In this document: positions 37,713-50,636 of the stretch, piece after piece
Position numbering within the stretch: position 1 is the stretch's first letter
How the letters are laid out: every line of letters starts with the position of its first letter
The notes under the pieces: model-generated
The model's input: only the letters and a program-made list of their open reading frames with translations
What the model was told of the DNA's origin: nothing
Databases searched by the model: none
Made by a program: the position numbers and the translations under genes
Source: Octopus sinensis
Lineage: Eukaryota
Direction of reading: 5' to 3'
Length of the DNA: 64,000 bases
Assembly: GCF_006345805.1 (NCBI RefSeq)
Contig: NC_043018.1
Location: forward strand, 26,164,001-26,228,000

Positions 37713-38457
37713 TGCTGATCAAATTAAATCAGAATTTTATTGTTTCTGGGGAGGGTCATTCTCTTTTAGTGCCTTATTATTTTGGTTCTGTTACAAGCTT
37801 GCATACTAGTATGCTAGTGTACACTATTTAGTTCCGTTACTGGCCTGTGGTACCAGTATGCAAGTCTACATTATCTCTTCAGGTCTATTACAAGCCTCTA
37901 TACCAGTATGCCAGTCTCCAGCATCTCTCTGTTGCCGATGATAATGATGATGCTAAAATCTAAATTCTACATGAACCCTTAAGGGTCATGTGAACTCTGG
38001 TTATGAACCACTGACACAGTAGCTTCAAAATTTTGGTGACATTATTGGTTATTTTTAGAATAACATTGTAGGACAGGCAGGAGAGACTAAACCTGGCTAG
38101 TTTCAGCATAAAATAGGTGGATTATTTAAGACATTTGTGGCCGGTGTAAATAGTGTTAAAAGACCATTCTTAGATTAAATTATATGTTGTTGCTCTTGCT
38201 ATCAAATACTTGAATGTTGAGAAATTTTTAGTCTCAATTTAAAATTGAAATTTGAAGTATGCTTCTGTATATAATATTTCTAAAGATTTGAGTCAATGCA
38301 GCTTTTGTTTTTGTTATTTTTTACTTTTGTTATTCCCGTAATTTTTAAAATATCATTGCTTGTTACAGTTTGGCTCTTCATTATGTATTTTTTCCTCTCT
38401 TTTATATATATTTTAACCTATGTATACTGGCCCAGTTTAATGCTTTCGTTTGTATAT

Positions 38458-38494
<37 letters not shown>

Positions 38495-39539
38495 CTGTGT
38501 GGTGTGTGTGTGTGTGTGTGTGTGTACATATGTATGTATGTGTGTGTGTAAATATATATATATTTATATATATATATGTGTACATATGTATGTATGTGTT
38601 GTGCGTAAAAATATATATATTTATATATATATGTGTACATATGTATATATGTGTTGTGTGTAAATATATATGTGTGTGTTTATATGTATATATATTAAAT
38701 AGTGTGGTGGAAACAGGTTCAGAAGTTAGATAATCATTTTGATTTATGTGTCTTACGAAATGAAAGTAAAATAATATCCAATATCAAAATACCAGAACAA
38801 AATTTAAATTGGTTTATATTTAAAAGTAAAAAGCAAAACTAAAAACAATGACGTAAAAATCATCATCTCTTAACTTATCTATTTATTTTAATTTGAATTA
38901 ATTGAAAGAAATACACTAATTCAAGCTCTCTGTGTGATATATTTTCTAATTAAAAGCTGTGAATTAATTGAGGTAATCTTCAATTAAAGATTACACTTGC
39001 AGTTAGTGAAATAATAATAAAAGCATGTGAAAGCATTTTAATAAATAGCAATTGAACATTTATTTGGGATTACATTGCTTTGATTTTGAGGAAATTACGT
39101 ATTCTAATCGAAGCAGTTTGTATATATTTATATTGTTAATTTAGCAACTTAGAATTAAAGTATGTTTTGAAAAGAAAAGAATTCTTTACAAGTCTGAGAG
39201 CAAAGAACACCACTTCAACAAGTAGCAAAACAAAATAGTTGTTATGTGATTGGGATTGGAGTTATTACAGTTGCACTCAACTTGGTATGGTGGGTAGGAA
39301 GAAACGTGCTACAGTATGAGCCAAAAGAATCTGGCAATTCCTTAGCCGTATCTATTGGGTTGTCTGGAAAGTCCGTGCTGATTTATAGTAGCTTACCTTT
39401 CGACTTGGGACAAAGACTGCAAAGTTTTTTTCCCTGTGTTCTAGCAACTCTGCCAGTTTTATGACTAATTCTACAAAATGGACTGGTTTATTATATGACT
39501 TATATTTTTGATGTTCTTGTTGGGTTATCTTTATATCTT

Positions 39540-39880
39540 TTCTTTTCACTTGCTTCAGTCATTAAGCTTTGGCCATACTGGAGCACAGCCACACAGGGGT
39601 GCCAGGTGTTTAATTTTTAATGTGACACTTATTCTATTTGCCTCTTTTGCTAAACCACTAAGTTACAAGGATGCAAATAAACCAACACCAGCTGTCAAGT
39701 GGTGGTGGAGAGGGTACACACACATATGCATACAGACACTGTGGTTTTACAGTTTCTATCAGTCAAATTCACTCCCAAGGCATTGGTCAAACCAGGGCTG
39801 TAGTAGAAAACACTTGCTCAAGGTATTGAACCTGTAATTTCATAGATGCAAAATGAGCTTCTTAACCATGCAGCTATGTC
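39540..39880 (-). mobile_element. Decayed SINE family B
   Basis: Reverse-complement similarity to the family B tail and head. Confidence 0.6.
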
Positions 39881-40780
39881 CATACCTTTACATCATAATT
39901 CTTCAGACTGTCAATTTCATCTTTAGAAGTGAAACCATTTTGGCAATATTTTATATGTACACTATGTTCGTATAGGTTTGATCTTCAGTCTTCTTTATTT
40001 TCTAAACGAAATTCCAAATTAGATTAAATCCAGTCACATACTATGTACATATCCAGGAATATGATTAGAAATTAATCTGATCAGAATAGAATGTAGATGT
40101 GATGCATTCAAACATCATTAATCTCTAAAAATGAGGTGAATAGTTTGAGAAATTCTAATCTTGTTAACAACTTGATTTCAACATTTGGACATTTAAATAA
40201 CTTTTTAGATTATCAGTTTCATATTTTTCTTTATGCCCTACCACTTTTCAACAAAATCCCTTTCGGCAATTTTTATTGTTTTGGCATTTTAGAAATAGTT
40301 TTATTTGATATATTCTTCTCATATCCCATATATCTATTCTTATGTTAATTGCATACTTTATCATGAATGTCCTCTAAACTGTATATTGCTTTCCACTGTA
40401 AGAAATATCTTGCTTTGAAAAATATTTAAATTCATTTAATTTATTTGCCTTGGGTTATCATCATGCTGATGATTTCCAATAAGAATGAAATGGTGCTAGA
40501 TATGATTACCTATAACTAGAATTTTTTACATCTTCGTAATGAGTCTGTAAATAAAAATAAAATATGTATATTCTATTAAGTTCTTCATTTTAAAAGTCAA
40601 ATTTCCAATCTCACCAACATTTGTCTAGAAATGATTATCTCTCTTACAGTAACTGGCCACCAGAGTGTAGCACATGTTTAAACAAAATATATTCTTTGTT
40701 ATGTACTATGTTTTATGTTATATATATTTCACGTTTCATAATATATCTGTATTTTATGTTTCATTCTATATTTGTGTTTG

Positions 40781-40837
<57 letters not shown>

Positions 40838-40934
40838 ATTTATATATATATATATATTGTGTTTTATACTATATTTTTGTTTTATATCAGCTTTTATACT
40901 AAATCTGTTTTCTCTTTTTCTCTTTAATTTGCAG

Positions 40935-40943
40935 ACTGGGAAG
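40935..40943 (+). CDS. unc-13: Candidate 9-nt unc-13 microexon (D-W-E in phase 1)
   Basis: TACTAAA branch-like site, pyrimidine tract, and tgcag|ACTGGGAAG|gtattt. Shares 21 identical nt with the 54652 microexon and its donor. Confidence 0.62.
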
Positions 40944-41461
40944 GTATTTATAAATTTTTATTAATATTTCTTTTAAATAAAACCATATCTACCTGAATAC
41001 ATTGCAATCTCAGACATAATACAATTTGTTCCCCCCCACCCTCCAGATTTATTTTACCTAAAATCAGAAACATTTTTTTTTTTACCCACCATTCTTCTTC
41101 CCTCTTTTTGTTTTTCATACTCAAGTATAATGCTACATTAACAATTTTCTCTTTGATGTTTTGTATATAATTCCTCGCATTGTGCACATGTGTGTTTGGC
41201 ATTTAACTTCAATTTACAAACTCTTGTAAAACATTCAGAAGAATTCAGCAAAGGTTCACTACTGCAAGAAATGGTGTTTTGTAAATGAGTATTTTTACTT
41301 TCTGAACTCTTCTATACTTAAGGAATATCCACTTGTATTTACCCGTTATTTATTTAGATTGATTCTACTTTTCCTTTCATTTTGAAAATATTGGGAGCAT
41401 ATATTTTTGACCTGGAAATTTATTTCTTCTTTTCATCATCATCATCATTCAATGCAAGGAA

Positions 41462-41797
41462 CTACTGTTCTTGAATGGGATCCATATGGCCCCTGAAGAT
41501 CCATATAAGATTTTGGGGTGTCCATACAGCCGAATAATAAATTGTGGATCCACAATACTACTTTAAGGGCCCCTTGAAAAAATGTTGCTTTAGATGTATG
41601 TATTGGTATGTATTGCAAGAAACACCTCAGTTTCTTCCCCTGACATTTTACATGGTTCAACATACACAACAAAATAGGAATTTTGAAAGAAGTTTCTATA
41701 AAACTAGTTTTTTAAATTACTATGGGGTCCTCCAGGATAAAATAGAAATCAAAGGGGCCCTTAAATAACAAAAAAAAAAAGAAGTTGAGAACCCCTG
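41462..41797. mobile_element. hAT MITE (same family as 24419-24754, opposite orientation, decayed)
   Basis: Ends GTTGAGAACCCCTG, with internal similarity to the other copies. Confidence 0.7.
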
Positions 41798-42257
41798 ATT
41801 AATGTCTGTTTACCATGCTGGCATGGACAAACATATTTTATAAAAAATATTTTCATTTATCTTTTACCAACTGCAACCAGAAGCTGTGGCCATGCTGGAG
41901 CACCACCTTTCAGTGTGTTTGGATTTCTTTCTTGTACTGTTGGATGGAATTTCTCTTCTTTGTGCTTCCTGCTGCAAAGTGGAGTCATCTAGTATTTCAG
42001 ATAAAAATTTGGCTGGGTTCTCTACGAAGGCCTCCACATCTACACTTTGCAAATCTCTGAATTCAAAATTCGCTGGGGTTGACTTTGCCTTTCATTCTTT
42101 CGGGGTTGATAATTTAAGTACCAGTGAAACACCGGGGGTCAATGTAATTGACTAGTCCCCTCTTCCAAAATTTCAGACTTTGTGCTTATAGAAGAAAGGA
42201 TTATTATTATCATTATAATGCTAAAAGAAGTTCTGAAGCCATACTTGATCTAGCTTA

Positions 42258-43137
42258 CAAGGTCTAATAAATAAGTATCCGGTCTGTTGCCATAGTAACT
42301 TATCTAAAGCATGCAGAGGGAAGCTGCTTGGCAAAGATTGACCTTAAACTCTGTTGTGCATGTGCACTAAGTTTCAATGTTCTAGCTCACTTCTGCTGTT
42401 TACAGCAGTGCTTGGAAAGAAGATGTGTAGCATGTGATCATTACATTGACCATGAAAAAGAAAGTTGTCCTGGCAATACCTGCTCAAGGCCTACACACAG
42501 TTGTAGAAAGTGTTTGAGCTGCACACACGTGTACAAGTGGTTCAGACGTTTCCAAGATGGCCAGAAAAATATTAATATTGACGAACATTCTGGGAGACCT
42601 GCAACCAGCAGAACTGAGAAAGACATCACGGATGTGCATGCAGCTGTGAGGGGAAATCATCGAATCATAATCTGTGAGTTATCAAAGGATGTGCAGATTA
42701 GTTATGGTTCAGTTCAGTCCATTATCACTGAAGATTTGGGTATGAGACGCGTGTCTGCAAAGTTTGTGCAAAAACTGCTTTCAGCTGACCAAAAATACAC
42801 TGGGGTTTCAGTTGAACAAGATCTCCTTGTTTGTGTGGATAACGATGAAAACTTTTTGAAAACTTTGCAAAGGCCTCTGAGCAGGTATCACCAAGCTTTT
42901 GGCAAAATTTGATGCAGATTCTCTGCTCAACTTTCTTTGCCATGGTCACTGTGACAATCACACGCTACACACCTTCCTTTCATGCACTGCTGTAAACAGC
43001 AGAAGTGAACTAGAACATTAAAACTTAGTGTGCATGCACAGCAGAGTTCAAGGTCACTCTGTGCCCAGCAGCTTCACTCTGTGTGCTTTAGTTTAGTTAC
43101 TGTGGCAACAGTTAAAATACTTATTGATCAGACCACA
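42258..43137. mobile_element. Non-autonomous mariner derivative with long inverted arms and a partial transposase
   Basis: TA flanks and mariner-type TIRs. The + strand encodes an HTH region (YKWFRRF...DEHSGRP...ISYGSVQSIITEDLGMRRVSAKFVQKLL). The - strand encodes the transposase start MAKKVEQRICIKFCQKLG. 42258-42492 is an inverted copy of 42871-43137. Confidence 0.85.
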
Positions 43138-43649
43138 TATCTTGATGAAATAAATGCTTTTATGTATTTGAACTCAATTTGTAAATATTACTGATTTTTC
43201 CAAGAGAAGTAATTTGAAATGGAATCAGTTTGAGATCAGATTACTTAACTAAATCTTATAGATTATCATATTTGCACATAACTTCAGAAATTGAGAAGAA
43301 TTTGGGTTTTTTTTTGTGTGTGTGTTGTGAAATTAATCATTTATGAGACTGGCAGAAATACTTAAAGAAATTAAAATTCTCAATTTTCCTTCTAAAATTC
43401 TTTTATTATAAGAAACTATTGAGATTTTGCCTTAACAGATGTGTGTTTGTGTAATATATATATGTATACATACATGTATGTATGTATGTATGTATGTATG
43501 TATGTATGTATGTATGTATGTATGTATGTATGTATGTATGTATGTATGTATGGATGGATGGATGGATGGATGGATGGATGGATGGATGGATGGGTGGGTG
43601 GGTGGGTGGGTGGGTGGGTGGGTGGGTGGGCGGGTGGGTGGGTGATATA

Positions 43650-44590
43650 GTTGTGAGGAAGAGTAAAGCCAGGATGGTATGCCACAGTGTGAGATCTGTA
43701 TGGAAGTCAGACCTTCGTAAGGACCTGAATATCCATCTCTTCATTGCTGCATTGGAGTTTGTGCTGCTGTATGGTTCTGAAACTTGGACACTTATCATAA
43801 AACTCACTCAGAAGTCCGTTCCTGCTAAGTCAATTTAGCCTCTTTCATCTTCCCTTGGTGTACCTCTTCTAATTTACTAAAAGCACTCTAAGGCTTTTGT
43901 AATACTGTTGTATTACGATAGCATAGGCTTACGTGTACTTCTCATACTGACTTACTTGAAGTTGGTGGATGGGTGCTACATGAGAATGCTGAGGATGGCT
44001 CTGGACATTAATCAGTATACACTGAGGATGAAGAACTCAGAGCTGTACAAGAGCCTCCCAATAGTCAGCTCGAAAATAACACAGAGGAGACTGAGATTAG
44101 CTGGACATACTCACTGACATTCAGGGTTGATACCGCACTCAGTGCTCCTGGGGGATCCCCTACATGGACACACTAGAAGAGGGAGACCGAGGATGACATA
44201 TGTTGATGCCCTAAGAACAGACACTGGTCTCTGAGAGACACAGGACATGGCAACGATGATGAGGGACAAAAACCACTTGAGAGTACTCATCCATGGATCT
44301 CAGGAATTTTACCCACCTTAGAGATGTATATATGTGTATGTATGTATGTGTATGTATGTGTGTGTGAGTGTGTGTGTGTGTATGTATGTATGTGTTTATG
44401 TATATATAGAAAAAAGTGAAAGGGGTAGTTGAGAGGAAGAGCAAAGCCTGGATGCCATGCCACAGTTTGAGATCTGTATGGAAGTCAGACCTTTGTAAAG
44501 ACCTGAAGATCTGTTTCTTTATTGCTGCAGTGGAGTCTGTGGTGTTGTATGGGTCTGAGACTTGGACACTGATCAAGAAACTCAGTAAAT
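43650..44590 (+). mobile_element. Decayed C-terminal fragments of a second RTE-type LINE family (two partial copies)
   Basis: Translates [11 protein letters not shown] (twice), DGCYMRMLRMAL, QRRLRLAGH and RRGRPRMTYVD, with stops. Confidence 0.75.
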
Positions 44591-45443
44591 GTGCATATAT
44601 GTATATATGTTATTTGTGAGGGTTCGTGACTTAATGGTTAGGGTGTTGCAATTACTATTGCGAGATCATGATTTCAATTCCAAGACCAGGTGGTGAGTTG
44701 TGTTCTTGAGCAAAGCACTTCATCTTACCTTGTTCTGCAATCCTTTTGACACCTGACCCGTGGTACACCGTGCACCTGCTCAGGTAATGCTGATTTGGTG
44801 GAAGGAGTGAACTAATGTACAGCATATACATTTGGTCATTATAAACAAGTCATTTGTGCTGGTCATTCAGCAAGAAGCTGAACACTTGGACATTGTCTAT
44901 GAGAGGAGAGTCCATCCTGTATGTATGTATGTATGTAAACATTGCAGACTGTCGGCAGTATGCTTGGTACCAAGATTATTCTCAGATTCTTTGAAATAAA
45001 CTTTACAGAAGTATATAGGTGCAGGCATAGCTGTTTTGTAAGAAGTTTCCTTTCCAACCACTTGGTTCTGGGTTCAGCCCCACTACCTGCTGCCTTTGGC
45101 AAGTGGCTTCAACTATAGCCCCAAGTTGAGCGGATTTGGTTGATGAAAACTGAAAGAATCCTGTTTTGTGTGTGTGTTTGTGGGTGGGGTTCCTCCACCA
45201 CTTCACAACCAGGAGCAATTTGGCAAAAGAGATCGTTTGAATAAGTACCAAACTTGAAAAAATATTTCCTGGGGTCTATTTGTTTACAAGGTCCATGCCC
45301 CAGCAAACAATAAAAAGGACATCAAAGCAATGAAAGCCACTTAACTATGTAGAAGAGATTAGAGAAAAACCAAGTTCATTTATTGAGAATTTTGTCTTTA
45401 AGAAAGAAAAAGAAAAAAAAACAAAACAAAACAAAACAAAACA

Positions 45444-45843
45444 GGCGCAGGAGTGGCTGTGTGGTAAGTAGCTTGCTTACCAGCCACATGGTTCCGGGTT
45501 CAGTCCCACTGCGTGGCACCTTGGGCAAGTGTCTTCTACTATAGCCTCGGGCCGATCAAAGCCTTGTGAGTGCATTTGGTAGACGGAAACTGAAAGAAGC
45601 CTGTCGTATATATGTATATATATGTGTATGTGTGTTTGTGTGTCTGTGTTTGTTCCCCTAGCATTGCTTGACAACCGATGCTGGTGTGTTTACGTCGCCG
45701 TCATTTAGCGGTTCGGCAAAAGAGACCGATAGAATAAGTACTGGGCTTACAAAGAATAAGTCCCAGGGTCGATTTGTTTGACTAAAGGTGGTGCTCCAGC
45801 ATGGCCGCAGTCAAATGACTGAAACAAGGAAAAGAGTAAAGAG
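45444..45843 (+). mobile_element. SINE family B (young)
   Basis: Near-consensus full copy. Confidence 0.9.
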
Positions 45844-46393
45844 TAAGCCCTAATTTGCCAGATGAAAATTCAGAATGAAGTGTTAACTGTCAACAGTACG
45901 GAGAATTTGAGCTGTGACTCATATCTGGAAAAAAGCACAATGTAGCAATGACGTGGCAAAGTATATGACATTGAAGTCAGAACAATATATTTTTTTGACA
46001 GTCAAAGAACTCCTGATGATTGCTGAGCTGTGATGTGAGAAGCTAATGAATAGAGCTTTCACATATTCTTTTGATATGCGAGTGAGCAATGTTGCCGTTG
46101 AAGGCTTTCATAGAAACCATAACTTACATATTTTTGCCAGATCTATCTCGATACCTTTTAACAGGTTTTAACAGTTTACACTTTCATGTTCATGTGCAGC
46201 TCTTTAATGTGCATATATATGCATGTGTGTGTGTGTGTGTATGTGTGTGTGAGTGTATGTATGCATATATATATATATTAGCATACATTGGTATGTATGT
46301 GTTTATATATATATGTGTCTGTGTGGATATGTACGTATATATATATATACATATATATGCATATGTATATATATATACATATATATGCATATA

Positions 46394-46802
46394 CTCTTTT
46401 ACTCTTTTACTTGTTTCAGTCATTTGACTGCGGCCATGCTGGAGCACCGCCTTTAGTCGATCAAATCGACCCCGGAACTTATTCTTTGTAAGCCCAGTAC
46501 TTATTCTATCGGTCTCTTTTGCCGAACCGCTAAGTGGCGGGGACGTAGACACACCAGCATCGGTTGTCAAGCAATGCTAGGGGGACAAACACAGACACAC
46601 AAACACACACACACATATATATATATATATACATATATACGACAGGCTTCTTTCAGTTTCCGTCTACCAAATCCACTCACAAGGCATTGGTCGGCCCGGG
46701 GCTATAGCAGAAGACACTTGCCCAAGATGCCACGCAGTGGGACTGAACCCGCAACCATGTGGTTGGTTAGCAAGCTACTTACCACACAGCCACTCCTGCG
46801 CC

Positions 46803-46803
<1 letters not shown>
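46394..46803 (-). mobile_element. SINE family B (young), inverted relative to 45444-45843
   Basis: Near-consensus full copy on the minus strand. Confidence 0.9.
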
Positions 46804-46838
<35 letters not shown>

Positions 46839-46842
46839 AATT

Positions 46843-46883
<41 letters not shown>

Positions 46884-46995
46884 TACACACACACATAGGG
46901 ATGCTTTAGCATACATTGGTATATACGTGTGTGTGTGTGTATATATATCTATATACACACACATATAGGGATGTACTAGCATACATTGGTATGTA

Positions 46996-47026
<31 letters not shown>

Positions 47027-47113
47027 GTATGTATGTATATGTATATCTATGTACATCTATGTGTGTATGTAAGTGTATATATATATATATGTGTAAAGTT
47101 ATATATATGTATG

Positions 47114-47153
<40 letters not shown>

Positions 47154-47534
47154 AGTATGTAAAAAAAGAAAGATATTTATCCTACTACTTGTGTAAACTT
47201 GCTACATTCGATATTTATTCAGTAGATTGTTTATATGTTAGCTCTGAAAGTATATCAACACTTCCAGTCAAACCGTTTGATAGTTTGTGTATTCAGTCGG
47301 AGCTCTCTCCTCACATAACAACACTGTTTGTAAAACTATAAAATTTTGCATAGTTTAAATGTCAACACAAGAAGCATTCGTGCATGGTTGCACGGTTATG
47401 CATTTGGTTCTAATGTGCAGCTTCCTTGGCAAGTAGTTTTATCAACGTAGTCCAAAGTAGTCGGTCTCAATGATGTTTTGTCTACGAACTCCTTTTGTTC
47501 CTATTTTATTCTACTGGACCTCCATAGCCAGTCA

Positions 47535-47573
<39 letters not shown>

Positions 47574-48883
47574 AGAAATTTCACTGTACAGTGCTCCAGC
47601 AGGGTCACAGTCAAATGACTGAAACATGGAAAAACATGCCAGTGGCACACACAAGCAGCCATTGCACTCTTAGAATGGTTGGCATTAGGAAGTACATCCA
47701 GCTGTAGAAACCATGCCAAATCAGACTGGAGTCTGGTGCAGCCCCTCAGCTTACCAGCTCCGGTCAAACCGTCCAGCCCATGCCAGCATGGATAATGTAC
47801 ATTAAATGATGATGATGATGTATACAAATGGGTATGTGTATGTATTACTGTCTCCTTGGCCTGATATCATGTGACAGTTGCTGTACATGAGTGTCACCCT
47901 CATGTAAGCTCTGTTCTACGTTTCCAATTTTCCATGGAAAACAGTTGGCCATAGAAAAAAACCACCTTGGCAAATTCTGTCCAACCCATGCCAGCATGGA
48001 CAAGTGGATGTTAAAATGATGATGATGATAAATGTTCAGTTAATATTGAATGTTATAATATTTGATTAAATCAAAATATGAGTGCATCTTATTGCCAATC
48101 AGGGAACCTCTGTATGGTTGGTCGTTCAACCTGCAAGAAAAAGCAGCTAAATCTCCTTTAAATGATGCCTTACCATCTTCAAAAGAGAAAAGAGATGTTT
48201 GGCAACGTAGTTCAAGTTACACTTTGCCTGAAAATATGATATGTCAGGATGGTCATAAATGGAATGTATTTTCTGCTTGGTCTGTTTGATCATGACTAAA
48301 CTGGAACCAAAAACAACAACAGTAACAACAAAAAGCATTTTATTGTATTTTTATATTGGCTCTTAACCTCTTTGCAATTAAAATAATTAGCAAGATCAAA
48401 GGGTAAACGAACTTAGTTTTTTTATTTTTGTTTTTAATTTAAACAATAAAAATCCCATATCTGCAAATTTTAGCACAAAATGAAAAATATTTTGAGAAAG
48501 TCATGCTTTTTTTTTGTCTCATTTAAAAAAAATTCATATAGTTGGGTGTGTTTGAGCATTGACATTAATAATTATAAATTTGTTATATTCAGGTGGTAAG
48601 CTTGCAGAATCGTTAGCCCACAAGGTGAAATGCTTAGCAGCGTTTCACTCTGAGTTCAAATTCCATCAAAGTCTACTTTGCATTTCATCCTTTTGGGGTC
48701 GGTAAAATAAGTACCAGTTGCATACTGGAGTCAATGTAATTGACTTATTCCTTCCCCTGAAATTGTTGTCCTGGTGCCAAAATTTGAAACCAGTTTTTTG
48801 GAAAATGGTAAAATGGGTTTCCATGCCAAAATAAGCTTGATGGCTGCTGACATAATGGATACAGTTGAGGACATCCAACTAAG

Positions 48884-49116
48884 ATGTCAGTGGCACATAT
48901 CTTGGTTACAACACTGTGTCATGTCAGTGACACATATATTGGTTACAACACTGTGTCATGTCAGTGGCACATATCTTGGTTACAACACTGTGTCATGTCA
49001 GTGGCACATATCTTGGTTACAACACTGAGTCATTTCAGTGGCACATATCTTAGTTACAACACTGTGTCATGTAAGTGGCACATATCTTGGTTACAACACT
49101 GTGTCATGTCAGTGGC
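48884..49116. repeat. 37 bp minisatellite, about 6.3 copies (ATGTCAGTGGCACATATCTTGGTTACAACACTGTGTC)
   Basis: Unit starts at 48884, 48921, 48958, 48995, 49032, 49069 and 49106, with no spacers. Confidence 0.95.
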
Positions 49117-49682
49117 TATGACAATATAATTCTTCCACCCTTTTGCATTTAAACTGGCCCTATCCATCTCAAGTTCTTTGCCTGTTTTATGTTTAAACTG
49201 GTCTGATCCAGCCTCTTACACCCATCCTACATTGTCATTCTAAAAATAACCAATCATATCATTGAAATCTTGAAGCTAAGAGATAACACACAATTAATTC
49301 AAAAACAATGTGAATAATAAAAGCATTACAGCAGACATGTAGATCCAAATACCAAATGGCTAAAAATGGACTAGTCCATCTAAAGATACATAAAAAGTGG
49401 GTTCACTTTATGTTGGCAAAGGCAAACCATTTATGTAATGGGCTAGGAAAGACTGGTGGATATGAATGCTCCAGAAATCGGATTTGATTTGACTATTTCG
49501 TCTGTCTGTCTGTCCGTCCATCCATCCATGTTAGTTTTTATTGCTTTTCAATTAAAATAATTAGGTAAATGAAAGTGTAAGTCTCAACTTAATATTCCCT
49601 ATTGGTAAATTCTTGCATAAAAACAAAATAACATTTTGAGAATTACATTACTTTTTTTATGCTCTTTCTTCTAATATATATA

Positions 49683-49733
<51 letters not shown>

Positions 49734-50636
49734 CATTATTGCAATATTTAAGTGTTATGTGCTGTTAAGGATTGTTATATTACTGATATTACTAATTGCT
49801 ATTGCTAATTGATATTATAACCATTAATTTCTTTCTATTTATTGTTACTTTATTTAGGAGTAATGCGATACACCTAATAGATGTGAGCTTTATGTATTTT
49901 GGCTTTTTACTTGTCCTTAATTAATTTAGAAAGTGTAATTAAGGTCAAAATTTCGCTAATGAATTCTAGAGATTTTTTTGATACTTCTGGTTTTTTTGGT
50001 TTTTTTTGTGAAACTGTGAAAAATAAAAGAAAAGTAAAAAGGAAGAAAACTGAGTAAGAACTGTATATGCAGAGACACATTAGTAACGAGGCATATAGTG
50101 TTACAATTAGCAGTTTACTGATTTGGTTCTTTTAGATCACAAATGGTGAACATTAGTTGAAACCAGTTGACTGCATTTTTTTTTTTTTAGCACAAGGGAG
50201 TGTTTGTAACCTGGTGCAGAATCAATATCACAGCAACACCATTTTATTGGCTTTCCTCACTGATGTTTACATCCTTTGTGCAGGCATGGCTGTGTGCTAA
50301 GAAGTTTTTGGCACTTTGGGCAAGTGTCTTCTAGGATGACCAAAGCCTTGTGAGGGGATTTGGTAGATGGAAACTGAAAGACGCCTGTCATATAAATGTG
50401 TGTGTGTGTCTGTGTTTATCCCTGCTACCACTTGACAGCTGGAGTTGGTTTGTTTATGTCCCTGTAACCTAGCAGTTCACCAAAAGGTACTAATAGAATA
50501 AGTATTAGGTTTAAAAAATAAATAAGTACTGTGGTCAATTAATTTGACTAAAATCATTCAAGGCTGTGCTCCTGCATGGCCACAGTCCAATGATTGAGAT
50601 AAGTAAGAGAATAAAAGAATGCACATACATGTGAGT

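Noticed and set aside
48884-49116. CRISPR-like repeat length, and a CACAGTG heptamer on the minus strand of each unit (RAG/Transib-like)
   Set aside because: The units are contiguous with no unique spacers, no nonamer lies at 12 or 23 bp, and the context is eukaryotic with no cas genes.
49858-49882. 25 nt exon-like segment with a good acceptor and GTGAGC donor
   Set aside because: It is not a multiple of three and contains a stop in phase 1. It could only be a poison exon, for which there is no evidence.
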